A stretch of DNA of 64,000 bases from contig NW_027361993.1 of the NCBI RefSeq assembly GCF_039654945.1, forward strand, positions 10,416,001 through 10,480,000, written 5' to 3'. Positions 24,924 to 39,900 of this stretch are shown in pieces. The notes under the pieces were generated by a model. That model saw nothing but the letters and a program-made list of their open reading frames with translations, was not told where the DNA came from and ran no database searches. The position numbers were made by a program, and so were the translations under genes. This DNA is from Dendrobates tinctorius (taxonomy: Eukaryota). Positions within the stretch are counted from its first letter, which is position 1; the number at the start of each line of letters is the position of its first letter.

Positions 24924-27736
24924 TAGCTGCATATGGTATATATGATATCTATGTACAGTACCTACAAGAAGCAAAATAAACATAAACCCTGCTGTATCTA
25001 AATAAGTAAAAAGCAAAAGTGCATGTAAATAACACAGGGTTCTTAGTAATAGTTTTTTTGATCAAAAATAGCATCTATCTATATACAGTGTCTACATTCT
25101 TTATTTCGTTCTGACGCAGACCAGATACCAACATTGGGTATCGGAAATGTTATTGATCAAAAAGAAAGTAGAATTTTTCTTCCTGCTGAGTAAAACCAAG
25201 TAGTAAACTATCTGAAGAATGCATGGGAGCAGCCGGTAGGGCAGGGAAGTGTGACATGGAGTGTGCTTCAGAGTCATTTGTGAATTGTCAAACTCAACAA
25301 TTACGACCAGTACTGAGATGTCTTTATTGTCAGCTTTAGCGAATGATGGGAAAGTGTGTTGGGATATACAAGGTGCCACTTCTAGCCCATCAGTAATGCC
25401 TGCAGAGACTCTGCTGTCTGGCAGAGGTGTGTGTAGTAGCACATTGTGTGTGCTGGGGTGATGTATGCACTCCCTATGTGACACTGCAGGGAGAAAATAA
25501 TTTACATCCCCTAGTATTCTCAATATCCTGTGCTGATTCAGTTCATAATTTATCCTTGCAGCATTTCATTTACAAAGCCATATAGTTCAAAGGGGGTCAT
25601 ATACAGATTACTCCTAAACTTCCCTTATGGTGGCTGCAAGTAATGGCGATTATTGTAGTTATTGTATGTAGGTCCACGCAGAGGGTTTGGAGATCTGTTT
25701 TCGACAAACTCTAAAAATGATAGCAAATGAATCAGAACAGCATTGTGCTTTTGTGTAGATTAAAACGTTACTACTACCAATATTAAAGGGTTTGTCTGGT
25801 ACTATGTTATTTCTTATGGTTTTTGCGCCTGGCACCAATCTCTTCTGGCTCAGAGGAGTCACAGACCGCTTCTGTGCACTGATGGTGATTCTGCGGCTTC
25901 TACTGATGCAATATCGATAGGGAAGCAGCTTCTCTTCCTCTCTGTTCTGTTGACTGGGCGTGACTGCTAATGTCATGCTTATAGCCGACTCCCCACTGCC
26001 TAACTGCGGGAAGCCAGCAGTCAATAAACATGACTTCGGAAGTCATGTCACATTGACAGAGCAGCCCGAAAAAAAAGCTGATCAGTTGACATGAAGTAGA
26101 ATCGCGGGCGGCGGAGGTCTGTGATTGCTCCTAGTCGGCGCTGGACAGAACAGGCAGGTAGTTAAAGGGGTTGTCCCGTCTAAATTGTTAAGTCTGCAGT
26201 TGTTGTGTGCTGTGAGGATTTGCCAGTATCTGAGCCAGGAACGGCGGTGATGTATGCATTATACCTGCTCCTGGGCCAAACCCATCTAGTGGGCGTGATC
26301 TCGCTTCATACATTTTCATGGAGTGAGGCTCCTCCCTGTGAGTGACACAGCCACCCAGTGGGCGTGGCTATATACTTTAATGCTGTACACTAGATGTGTT
26401 CGGCCCAGCAGCAAGCATATTGCATATATCATCGCCATTCCTGGCTCAGAAACTGGAGAATCCTTGCAGTACACAGTACGTTCGCTGGGGGGATGCATAT
26501 GTCTGTAGTCTCATAGAGGGACTGCAGACTTTTCATTTTAGACCGGACATCCCCTTTAAATAAATCAAACTGATAGACATGCAGTATAACCTTACTTATG
26601 CAATATGTTACCAAGACGGGGTGCATTTTACTCTGTGCTGGTGGCATCTCCAGAATGTTGGGTATCATCAGCATGGTGCTTTCCAGGGGTGCACCTGGCT
26701 GTCTATGTAAAATATTAATGACTAAAACTCTAGTCCAGTGAATTACGATGTCTATTTTCTACTGCTAGCAATGGTTTCCTTTACTTTTCAGCTTTGGAAA
26801 AATCTATGTAGATAGATCCTGTGAAGAACCATCGAGGAGCCCCATCCGCCCCTCTGGTATCAAACTATCTGTAGGGGAAATCAGTTTTGCCAAATGTGAT
26901 GCCGGTCATGGAAAGTCTGCACTGGGCTTTACACATGAAGCATATTACTGGGAACATTTCGTACATTTCATTTTTAGGGCGGATTCTCTGCTTTTGTCAC
27001 AGTAACAATCCATTTTTGAAACATTTTAAGATAAGCAGAATTTTATTTGTATATTTATATAAAAATTCCACCTTAAAGGGAAACTGTCATCAGGGAAATG
27101 CAGGCAGATCTGCTGGCACCATGTCAACCCTGAAGTACAGTTTGGCTGAACGGAGGAACGGAATATAAAAAGCTAGAATTAATACAAGCCAAGTGACTTA
27201 TCTACCTTGTTAGCATATTCATCTAAAAGTGATATAAGACAGATGGAGAAGATTTATGAGTGCAATAAAGCGTCAAGTGTTAAACTGTGTTGGTGTATCA
27301 TGTTTTATAGCATCTAACACAGCCTGTGTGGCCTCTGCTCTGTTCCCCAGAATCCCGTATATTGATGACACATAAAGTTGGGAGCATCTTGGCTCCAGAG
27401 CTTTGGGCAGGGCTGTAACTTTTGTAACTTTTGCTCCCCTTCTGAGAGATATACCAAATCTAACCCAGTCCACCACGGTCATGTTTATGGCCAGTGTCAT
27501 ACAGGTACATACATGTCAGATTACATTGCATTGTCTGCTTCAATTCTTTTTTTCCCAGGGCCAGACATGTGCCCTTTTGATGTTGAAACTGTGACACATA
27601 ACTGTGACATTGACTCCTATTCTGTTCCCATACCTGCTCAGACATCCGGTATAGCCGAAGCCTAAGGAGCCATTTACTACTCACCGGTCTGTAAACAGAG
27701 GAAGGGTTTTGTGACATTCTGTTACTTTCTTAAAGA

Positions 27737-27767
<31 letters not shown>

Positions 27768-27810
27768 TTCGATAAATAGATCATAGATAGATACAGTAGA
27801 TAGATAGATG

Positions 27811-28343
27811 ACGGAGACTTGTCTTCCAACAAGACAATGATCCCAAACATAAAGTAAAATCTACAATGGAATGATTCACAAATAAACCTATCGAGGTGTT
27901 AGAATGGCCAAATCAAAGTCCAGACCTAAATCCAATCGAGAATCTGTGGAAAGAGTTGAAAACTGCTGTTCACAAACGATCTCCACAACCCTCACTGAGC
28001 TCGAGCTGTTTGCCAAGGAAGAATGGGCAAGAATTTCAGTCTCTCAATGTACAAACCTGATAGAGACATACGCCAAGCGACTTGCAGCTGTAATCACAGC
28101 AAAAGGTGGCGCAACAAAGTAATAAGTAAAGGGGCCGAATAATATTGCACGTCCCACTTTTCAGTTTTTGTATTTTCACAAAAATTTAAAATAACCAATA
28201 AATTTTGTTCAACTTCACAATTGTGTCCCACTTGTTGTTGATTCTTCACCAAAAATTTACATTTGGTATTTTTATGTTTGAAGCATGATATGTGGGTAAA
28301 GGTTGAAAAGTTTCAGGGGGCCGAATACTTTCACAAGGCACTG
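27811..28343 (+). mobile_element. Tc1 3' fragment
   Basis: [25 protein letters not shown]; terminal ..GGCACTG-TA. Confidence 0.85.
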
Positions 28344-29691
28344 TATATATATATATGTGACACACATACTGTATATATATATATGTATTTATATTGCATA
28401 CAGAGATAGAAGAAAAGTCGGTAATACATCTGCCGGGTTCTGTAAAATCACTGCAGGAGCAGACAGGATAGAAGAGATGGATTACTTACAGTAAATACAA
28501 ATAGAGTAAGTAGATATATAGATGTCAGTGACAAATACAGAGTAAGGGCTCATACTCACTTGCGAGAGACTCGCACCATTCTCGTGCGAGTCTCTCGCAC
28601 TAATACCCGGCACTGCCGCCGGCACTTGGACCGGAGCTTGCGGCTACATGTATTTCTATGCAGCCGCACACTCCAGTCCCAGTGCCAGCGGCAGTGCCAG
28701 GTTATCATGCAAGAGACTCGCACGAGAATGGTGCGAGTCTCTCGCAAGTGGGTATGAGCCCGAATACAAAGGGTAGCCAGCTCACTGTCTTTAGATGCCC
28801 AGCGTGCACGGACAACGCACTGACCGGCGGGAATAGAACAAATAGAAAGAAAAGTCCAGCTTCTGGTAGAAAAAAAAAAATTTTCATAAAAATTTCCTTT
28901 ACTCCAAAAATGATTAAAAATCCGTATGCAAACAGTGGGGAACAGGAGAACACATGGCGACACGTTTGGAGTGCAAGCAGCGCTCTTTCCCAAAACCTAA
29001 TGTCAAAAAATTTCCCTCAAACCTTATATACAAGAATGAAACTCTCCCATTGGTGAAAGATCATACGACATTTAAAATACATGCAAAATACAAATCAACT
29101 AACCTGTTTAGTATCACTAGATATCACAAAATAAATCAAAACAATGAGATTATACATCATGAGAAAAACACATCTAATAATGACACATAACATCTCGACG
29201 AAAATTTTAGCCGTCTGGTCTGGATATCTTGTTCCCAGCTGGAAAATCCAGAAGGCTTCTTTGGTAAGTAAAAGTCTCCTGAGAAAATCCCGAAGGCTTC
29301 TCTGGTAAGTAAAAGTCTCCTGAGATCACCACCTCGGGGCGGTAAATTCACTCTTTTAAATGCAAAAACCTGGAATGAAGATAGGGATCTGTAAGGACAA
29401 GTAATAAAGTGTTTAGATGCAGCAGATATATTCCAGTTATTCAAACTACTGGTATTAGTGATGTCATTTAAATGTTCCTTGATGTGTGTCTTCATTTTCC
29501 GACTAGTACATCCAATATATAATAAATTACAAGGCACGCATCGGTTTCAATAAATGACATCATCTTAATTACAATTAATGTACTGTTTAATTAGATTAGT
29601 TTGTGTACCATCATAGTTATGAAAAGTGCTGCATGGGTATGCAAATTTACAAAGTTTACATTGCATTGCCCCACATTTAAAGAAACCCTTA

Positions 29692-31146
29692 GGCCAGTGG
29701 TCCCCAACTCCAGTCCTCAAGAGCCACCAACAGGTCAGGTTTAAGGCTATGTGCACATGGTGCGGTTTCTGCTGCGGATCCGCAGCGTTTCAGGCTCTGC
29801 GGGTCCGCAGCTGATTTAGGTGAGTTGTACAGTACCATTGTTTTCAATGATTAACTCAAAAATGCTGTGCACATGCTGCAGATTTTGCCGCGCGGATTTG
29901 CTGCGGGTTCAAATCCGCAGCATGTCAATTCTTTGTGCGGATTCCGCTGCGGTTTCACACCTTCTCCATTGCAGAGGTGTGAAACCGCAGGGCTAAACCG
30001 CAAGCAAATCCGCAGGTAAACCGCAGGTCTTTTGACCTGAGAATTTACCTGCGGATTTTTCCAAATTTGCGCGGAAAAATCCACTGGACCAAAATCTATG
30101 TGTGCACATAGCCTTAAGGATTTCCTTTGTATCGCCCAGGTGGTGCAATTATTGCTTGTGCAGGTGAGCAGATCTCACCTGTGCAATTTTAAGGGAAATT
30201 CTGAAAACATGACCTGTTGGTGGCTCTTGAGGACTGTAGTTGGGGAACCCTGCCTTAGTCTTTGTGCACACGTTGAGGACATGCTGTGGAAATTTCAGCA
30301 GAATTTCCACAACTCCCTGCCACTGGTAATACGCATGCGGAATTCATTTGTGTATTCCTGCAAAACACTAGCGTTTTGCAAGCATATTTAGCTTGCAGAA
30401 TGCTAGCGTTTTCCAAGCGCTTGGAAAACTGATTGACAGGTTGGTCACACTTGTCAAGCATAGTGCTGGACAAGTGTGACCAACTTTTTACTATTACTAT
30501 ACAGCATCAATAGTAAAAGATAGAATGTTAAAAAAAAAAAAAATAATTATACACTCACCTTTTGGCGGCCCCCGGAACCTTCCCGGTCCTCAGCGATGCT
30601 CCCGGCAACTCCCATTCCCAGGGATGCCTTGCGACAATGACCTCTGATGACGTAGCATCACGCGAGACCGCTACAGTATCGCGAGACCGCGACGTCATCA
30701 AAGGTCATTGTCGCAAGGCATCACTGGGAATGGGAATTGCTGGGAGCATCGCTGAGGACCGGGAAGGTTCCGGGGGCCGCCAGAAGGTGAGTATATAACT
30801 ATTTTTATTTTAATTCTTTTTTAACAGGGATATGGTACCCAGGGTCTGGAGGAGAGTCTCCTCTCCTCCAGACCCTGGGTACCATCCGCACATGAACCAC
30901 TCACTTTGCACATGGTGGGCATAGCCACATGCGGAAAGTGAGCGTTTCCATGCATTCTTATGTGAGCAGAATCGCCGTGATTCCACTCAAAGAATGAACA
31001 TGCTTCGAATCCGCTGCGGAAAAATGCGCAGCATTAGCACAGCAATGCGGAATGCCATTAAATTTAATGGTACGCATTTTGTAAACGTTTTCGCAGTGGA
31101 AAAACATGGCAAAAATGCTCACAATCCGCAACGTGTGCACATAGCC
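29692..31146. mobile_element. Nested non-autonomous DNA transposons (Harbinger-like > hAT-like 29695-30252 > inner MITE 29745-30113)
   Basis: GGCTATGTGCACA-type inverted ends with TTA/TTAA flanks; CAGTGGTCCCCAAC..GTTGGGGAACCCTG with 8-bp CCTTAGGC/CCTTAGTC. Confidence 0.75.
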
Positions 31147-31980
31147 TTATAATCCAACCAAGTTTCACTTTGTTTTTTCCTCTGAAAAAAAAACTAGGTG
31201 ATAAGGTGTTAGATAATTAAGGCGCTTTGTTGGCATATATTATTGCAATATTGCATCCTGATTTTAAAATTTCAGCCAAGGTTTTGTCTTCATATAGAAC
31301 AGGTAGATCTTATTAATAATACCTTTCATATCAGAAAATTGAGAGCTGTACTGAATGGAGACAACAGGCTTGGCAGTAATATTTGAACCATTAATAAAAG
31401 ATCTAGTATTATAATGAATCAGTTCCATGCTATTTTTGTCAGCAACCAAATTGCGAGCACGTTTAATAGTCCATTCAGGATAACCTCTGGTGCGCAATCT
31501 TGATTCAGTCTGAGTAATTTCTTTTTCACAGCTTGCAGGATCACTGCAATTGCGAAAAACCCTAGTGAACTCACCCACTGGAATAGACTTGATGGTATGT
31601 CTAGGGTGACAACTGGTTGTATGCAATATAGTATTGCCAGCTATGGGTTTCTTAAACATAGTGGATGAAATAACATGGTTAGGCACACCTGTAAATTTCA
31701 AATCAAGAAAAGTAATATTTGACAAATCAAAAAAACGGGTGAATTTTAAATTATATCCATTATTATTGATACATTCCATGAAATCTGATATTTTGAGATT
31801 ACATTCCCGGACCATATAAACAATAAATCATCTATAAGTCTACCGTACCAATGGATGCAATCCAAAAATGGGTTTTGTGAATTATAGAGAATCTAGCTGA
31901 AGAGCCCGGCATTGCCTGGGCATAGTAACCAACTATGCTTAGTTATAACAAATTATAATGATTATATTGCACATAAAAAC

Positions 31981-32625
31981 CGTGCATCTAATCCTATCCT
32001 GTGTGATACTGACTGCTGAGCCATGTATCTAATCCTATCCTGTGTGATACTGACTGCTGAGCCGTGTATCTAATCCTATTCTGTGTGATACTGTCTGCTG
32101 AGCCATGTATCTAATACTATTCTGTGTGATACTGTGTGCTGAGCTGCGTATCTAATCCTATCCTGTGTGATACTGTCTGCTGAGCTGTGTATCTAATCCT
32201 ATCCTGTGTGATACTGCCTGCTGAGCCATGTATCTAATCCTATCCTGTGTGATACTGTCTGCTGAGCTGCGTATCTAATCCTATCCTGTGTGATACTGTC
32301 TGCTGAGCTGTGTATCTAATCCTATCCTGTGTGATACTGTCTGCTGAGCTGTGTATCTAATCCTATCCTGTGTGATACTGTCTGCTGAGCTGCGTATCTA
32401 ATTCTATCCTGTGTGATACTGACTGCTGAGTTGTGTATCTAATCCTATCCTGTGTGATACTGACTGCTGAGCTGTGTATCTAATCCTATCCTGTGTGATA
32501 CTGACTACTGAGCTGTTTATCTAATCCTATCCTGTGTGATACTGCCTGCTGAGCCATGTGTCTTATCCTCTCCTGTGTGATACTGACTGCTGAGCCGTGT
32601 ATCTAATCCTATCCTGTGTGATACT
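31981..32625. repeat. 41-bp minisatellite (~15 units)
   Basis: Unit GTATCTAATCCTATCCTGTGTGATACTGTCTGCTGAGCTGT. Confidence 0.92.
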
Positions 32626-33460
32626 GGGCTCCCCCTGCAGTCTGTGTCAGAGGGTGGTCTGTGTTGGCACGGTAATAAATTGTGTTATTTCCAGCTTTAC
32701 AGAAGGACGATAACACCATAGAAATGATAAGAATAATAGGCCTCAGTTACCACAACTGTCTACAAAGAAAACTGCTGCTGATAGCAACCAATCACAGCTC
32801 ATTTTTCATCTTTTAAACAGCTCTGGGACAGAGTAGCGACTTTTGTGTTTCGACTTTTATGTGGCGAGGTTGGTGTATGTGTGGTGAAATGTGTGCTGAG
32901 GGTGGTATATGTGTTGAAGCACGTGGTAGTGTGTGGCGCATTTTGTGTGTGTGTTCATATCCCCGTGTGTGGTGAGTATCCCATGTCAGGGCCCCACCTT
33001 AGCAACTGTATGGTATATACTCTTTGGTGCCATCGCTCTCATTCTTTAAGTCCCCCTTGTTCACATCTGGCAGCTGTCAATTTGCCTCCAACACTGTTCC
33101 TTTCATTTTTCCCCATTATGTAGATAGGCGCAAAATTGTTTGGTGAATTGGAACGTGCAGGATTAAAATTTCGCCTCACAACATAGCCTATGACGCTCTC
33201 GGGGTCCAGACGTGTGACTGTGCAAAATTTTGTGGCTGTAGCTACGACGGTGCAGATGCCAATACATACACACACTTTTTCCCCATTATGTAGATAGGGG
33301 CAAAATTGTTTGCTGAATTGGAACGCGCAGGGTTAAAATTTTGCCTCACAACATAGCCTATGACGCTCTCGGGGTCCAGACGTGTGACTGTGCCAAATTT
33401 TGTGGCTGTAGCTGCGACGGTGCGGATGCCAATCCCAGACATACATACAGTACATACATA

Positions 33461-35089
<1,629 letters not shown>

Positions 35090-37739
35090 TACATACACAC
35101 ACACATTGAGCTTTATATATTAGATTGTTCTTCCCAAAAAGCCATAACCAAGTTTGCCAAAGAAGGGGAGAATTTCGCTCCCATTGAAACCCCCATATGC
35201 TGTCTATAGTCCCTTGAATCAAAAACAAAAAAATTATGTCTCATGAGAAATTCTGTAACCTGAATAATATAAGATTGCAAACCAGATGTATATTGGCTAT
35301 ATTTAGATAAATGGAACTCCAGTGCTTGTATGGCAACAGACTGCAGTATAGAAGTATACAAAGATATAACGCCATATATAATTTGATTGTCATTCCTTGG
35401 TAGAAAATTGATTAAGGATATCAATTGAATCCTTAATGTAACCAGGAGATCGCTGCGCCAAAGGTTGTAAAAGTGTATCCAACCACTCCCCTAAATGCTG
35501 GTTTGCAGATCCAATACCTGTAATGATGGGTCTCATGGGGGGGGATGCCTTTATGTACCTTAGGCAAGGCATGTAATGTTGGTGTTATAGGATTCTTTAC
35601 TACCAAATAATCAGATTGTTTTTTTTAGAAATAACACCTAGAGAAACCCCTTCTTGTATTACCTGTGCTGTTAATACAGAAAATCTTGTCACAGTGATCT
35701 GCTGTGAAGACTCTGAGCTTGAACTGCGGTCACCTCATCACTGACATTTTCACACGGTCCAGAGGTCACCGCAGTTCAGCCTGTGAGGGAGTGCAGCTTC
35801 AGTGATTTCACCGCTAGGCACTGAGGCTGCACTCGCAGCATCTCCTAATTCACCAGTGGTTTTCAGCTAGGGTGGTCACATCTTGGCACGATCAAGGTTG
35901 AAAACTGTATGTCCCCCAGATATGGATTACTGCGTGAGACACAAGGACGGACAGATACGGCATATTTTTGGGTTATTTTACTTTTATTACAGGAGATCGA
36001 GGGCTTCGCAGGAATAAGGTGAGGTCCTAAGTATGGTTTAATTAAGAATATTAAAGGAGTCTGTGTCTTTACTTCAATTCAAGGATTTTTTCTGGGTGTC
36101 TGTGTTTTCTTTACAATGTGACTATGGGGTTAGCAATAGGGACGTCTTACTGACGCCTCTCCATTACTATCCTCGGGGCTTGATGTCACAAAGGTGACTT
36201 CAACCCCCCCCAACTATTACCCCACTTGCCACCAATACTGGGCAAGTGGCAAGAGCAAGGCTAAGTGCCAGAATTGGCCATCCTAGAAATGTGCCTTTTC
36301 TGGGGCGGCTGAGAGCTGATCCTTTTAGCCGGGGGGGGGGCAGTATCCATTGCCCCTTCCTAGGCAATTAATATCAGCCTGTAGCTGTCTGCATAGACTT
36401 TTCTGGCTATTAATTATAGGGGGACCCCACGTCATTTGTTTGGGGTCCCCCATTTTAAAAACCTGTAAAGGCTAAGTATACAGCTGTGAGCTGATATTAA
36501 TAGCCTGGGAAGCTCCATTGGTATTACCCCCTTCCCATGCTATAAACATTGGCCCCCAGCTTATCCTCTGCTGATTACAAAAATTGAGCGGGAGCCCACA
36601 CCATTTTTTTTGGAAAAATAATTGTTTATTAATAAAATACAGGTACAGTAAGCTACACACACACTGGACTAATTGTATTTGTCACCGATATCTATATATC
36701 TACCTATTCTATTTGTATTTACTGTATGTAATCCATCACTTCTATCCTGTCGGCTCCTGCAGTGATTTTACAGAACCCAGCGGATGTATTACCGACTTTT
36801 CTTCTATCTCACTATACAATATAAATACATATATATATATGTGTGTGTGTGTCACTGACATCTATATACAGTATATATTTATATATATGTATTCTATGTG
36901 TATATATTCTATTCTAACCTGTCAGTGTGATTTTACTGTACACCGCATATGAATTGCCAGGTTTTCAGTGCGTAAAAATCCGACAGCACTCTCATGGTCC
37001 AAGTGCTGTGCGATTTTTTCTTCTCGCACCCATTGACTTCTATTGCGGGATGCGATCCGAATACCGATTGCAATCCCAACATGCTGTGATTTTTTCCAGT
37101 CCGATCGTGATCCGATCTGAGCTGGAAAACAAATTGCAGATGAACACACAATCATAAAATAACATTGGTCCCAATTCAATTTGATTTTTTATCAGATTGC
37201 AATCGTCCGATTTCATCACAAGTGGGAATGAGCCCTTATTGTGACACTGGACTTGTGTTTTTCAGTGATCTTTTCTCTTTTCTATATTTATATTATAGCA
37301 TTTTGATTATCGCCCAATATCATTGGTGAGCATAAAAAGATTCACCCACCTAGATAAATGTATCTGTTGATACAACATAAAATGAGTTTTATACAGGGAT
37401 ATTCTGAATTACGGAGAAATAGAAAAAAAATTGAAAAACAAAAAACGATTGACTTATGAGTTGTGGTCAAAAGTAGGTCTGGTGTGGAAAATGGAGATTG
37501 ATATGATTGTTCTGTTTGTGCTTGGAAGATTAATGCAATCAATGGCAGTTATCAGAAAAGGACCATGAAAGGAGTATATAAAGGGGGAATTGGTGGTACC
37601 TAAGATGCACTGAAAACATTCTTAACTAATATACTAGCCTTACCCCACTCCGGGGGTTGGCACCCTAATAACCTGCACAAACGGCGTCCCCACTCATCGC
37701 TGTCTCACCCTCAGAAAATAACCCTATTAAACCCTAATT

Positions 37740-38280
37740 GTATAAAGCTACAATAAGTCAATTGTTTGTTACGACCCAATGATGATACAGTTGTAAGGTG
37801 ATAGATCCACTTCGCTTCTCGTTGCAAAATGGTTCTATCCCATTCGCCTTCCTCAGGGTTTTTTCCAACTCTATCAACCCCCCGTAGATGTTATTGTTGA
37901 CATTTTTCCTGAATGTTCCTGATTGACAAGTCTAGCTAATGGGGTATCACTTTTCTTACTGACATCGCAAAGATGTTTTCCTATCCTTCTCCTGAACTCT
38001 TTCCTTGTCTTGCACACATACTCATGGCCGAATTGGCTCGTGGCCTTATGAATCCAACCCTCACTCCAACACTTGATGAACACTCTAATTCTATACTGTC
38101 TCCCTGTTATTGTACTTTGGAAGGTTTTGCCGACAGTCATGGCTGTACATGCTTATACAGTCACCACATCTATAGCATCCCGGTACACCTTCTGACAGCC
38201 ATGAGGTTTCTTTGTATGTGGTGTAATGTCTGCGAGGCCCCAATACATGCGATTAGTGACATGAATATCCCATAATTAGA
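37740..38280 (-). mobile_element. Decayed Penelope-like GIY-YIG fragment (host of the next insertion; resumes after 39158)
   Basis: FQSTITGRQYRIRVFIKC..YVCKTRKEFRRRIGKH. Confidence 0.65.
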
Positions 38281-39157
38281 TGCAGGAAAGATGTATATCT
38301 TTGTACCGTGTTAGCCAGTAGATAGAAAAATATTCAGGATTGAGAGTCCTCAGTGGTTGATACCTTTTAATGGCTAACTGAAAAGATGGTAACACATTGC
38401 AAGCTTTCGAGACTACTCAGGTCTCTTCTTTAGGTTAGACTAATACAAAAATCTGAAGAGTCACATATTTATGCACAATACAACACAGAAAAAATGCTGT
38501 ATTACATCTAATGTGGTGTACTTAATTATTTGTACTAAATGTCCAACTGGGGGTCTGTATGTGGGGGAGACAGGGCAAAAGCTTAGAACAAGGATGAATG
38601 CTCATCGTCACACAATAAGAGAAAAAAGAATGGATCTACCTGTGGCGAAACATTTTTGTATCCCTGATCACAGCAACATGGATATGAAATTACTGATATT
38701 GAAAGGTAACTTCACATCTCAGAGAGAGAGACGTGTTTGGGAGTATAAATTTATGACGACCTTTGACACTCTCAGTGCTGGAATGAATGTGTCGCATGAA
38801 TTTATGTCTTTTTACATCAATTAAGGAATTTGCTTTCAAGACCTGGTGGGGGCATCACAACACATTAGGAGACCCCAATCAGAGGGCTTTAAAACATCCG
38901 GACTCCTTATCTATGTACTGGTCCAATATTTATGTTTCTCCCTCTCCCATATTGGTAGTTCTACTTCACGTCACTTGTCTTATCCATTGCATTTTTTCTG
39001 TGTTGTATTGTGCATAAATATGTGACTTCAGATTTTGTATTAGTCTAGCCTGATGAAGAGACCCGAGCAATCTCGAATGCTTGCAATGTATTACCATCTT
39101 TTCAGTTAGCCATTAAAAGGTATCAACCACTGAGGACTCTCAATCCTGAATATTTTT
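38281..39157 (+). mobile_element. 5'-truncated Penelope-like element with inverted pseudo-LTR
   Basis: GIY-YIG ORF NVVYLIICTKC..LYVGETGQKLRTRMNAH; ~38325-38497 is the reverse complement of ~38989-39157; CCATAATTAGA duplicated at 38270 and 39158. Confidence 0.88.
39046..39086 (+). ncRNA. Minimal hammerhead-ribozyme motif (one core mismatch)
   Basis: CTGATGA-AGAGA..TCTC-GAAT-GCTTGC; the inverted copy at ~38398-38440 has GAAA but CTAAAGA. Confidence 0.65.
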
Positions 39158-39670
39158 CCATAATTAGACGGGTGTTTAGTCATTTTGCTCCATGAGTCGT
39201 CAATGTTGCAATATCTTTTATTTGTGTAATGTGTTTTATATAACATTGGATGTTACATGTTTAGTCCCATTTTTTTGCTATAGACTTTTCTATAAAACCA
39301 AAAAATGTCTCAGGGGATGACAGATGGTGTGAGGGGGATCCTTACTTAGGTGTAATGCTTCATGTTACAGTGCGAATTGTTTTATGGATAGTTAAATATT
39401 AGTTATGTAATCAAATAATAAAATATATTTGCGCGTCAAACTCCTGTCCGTACGGGATATAGTTTGCCCTTAAGTGTCTGTAGAGTGCGCTGGAGATCTA
39501 CACACCTGGGCAGTCGTGTCGACACCTTGATCAATTGTATCGATTGGATTTCCTTTAGTGACAATTGTGTGGTCATTGTCTCATTTGCTGCTTAACTCTT
39601 GTTTACACCAGCTCCACTGAATTAGACTATTCTCCAAAAATGTATTATGACAGAATTATGTATATTTCTT

Positions 39671-39900
39671 GGGGTTTCCCACACTCCAGCTCACATCTAT
39701 TATCTCCTGGATTGGAGCAGATGGACACACGTCCATTATCCCGGCTGCGGTGGGATTGGAGGGTGAGTGTGGGAACCTCTTGTAAGTCCGCTCTCCACAC
39801 ATCATTATGCAGGGAGAGGGGTATATAGAGGGGAGGCCGCTCACTAGTAGACAGCTCCTGCCCCACACAGCACAAGACTACAGACTGCCAGACCTGCACC
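39671..39900 (+). promoter_or_regulatory. Notch-responsive promoter of copy 2
   Basis: TTTCCCACAC, E-box CAGATG, two GATTGG, GTGTGGGAA, TATATAG and N-boxes; near-identical to the other copies. Confidence 0.8.

Noticed and set aside
24661-25016. ORFs spanning the N run
   Set aside because: Artefacts of the assembly gap.
25101-25523. 140-aa minus-strand ORF after a good acceptor-like tract
   Set aside because: No recognisable domain and no partner exons found.
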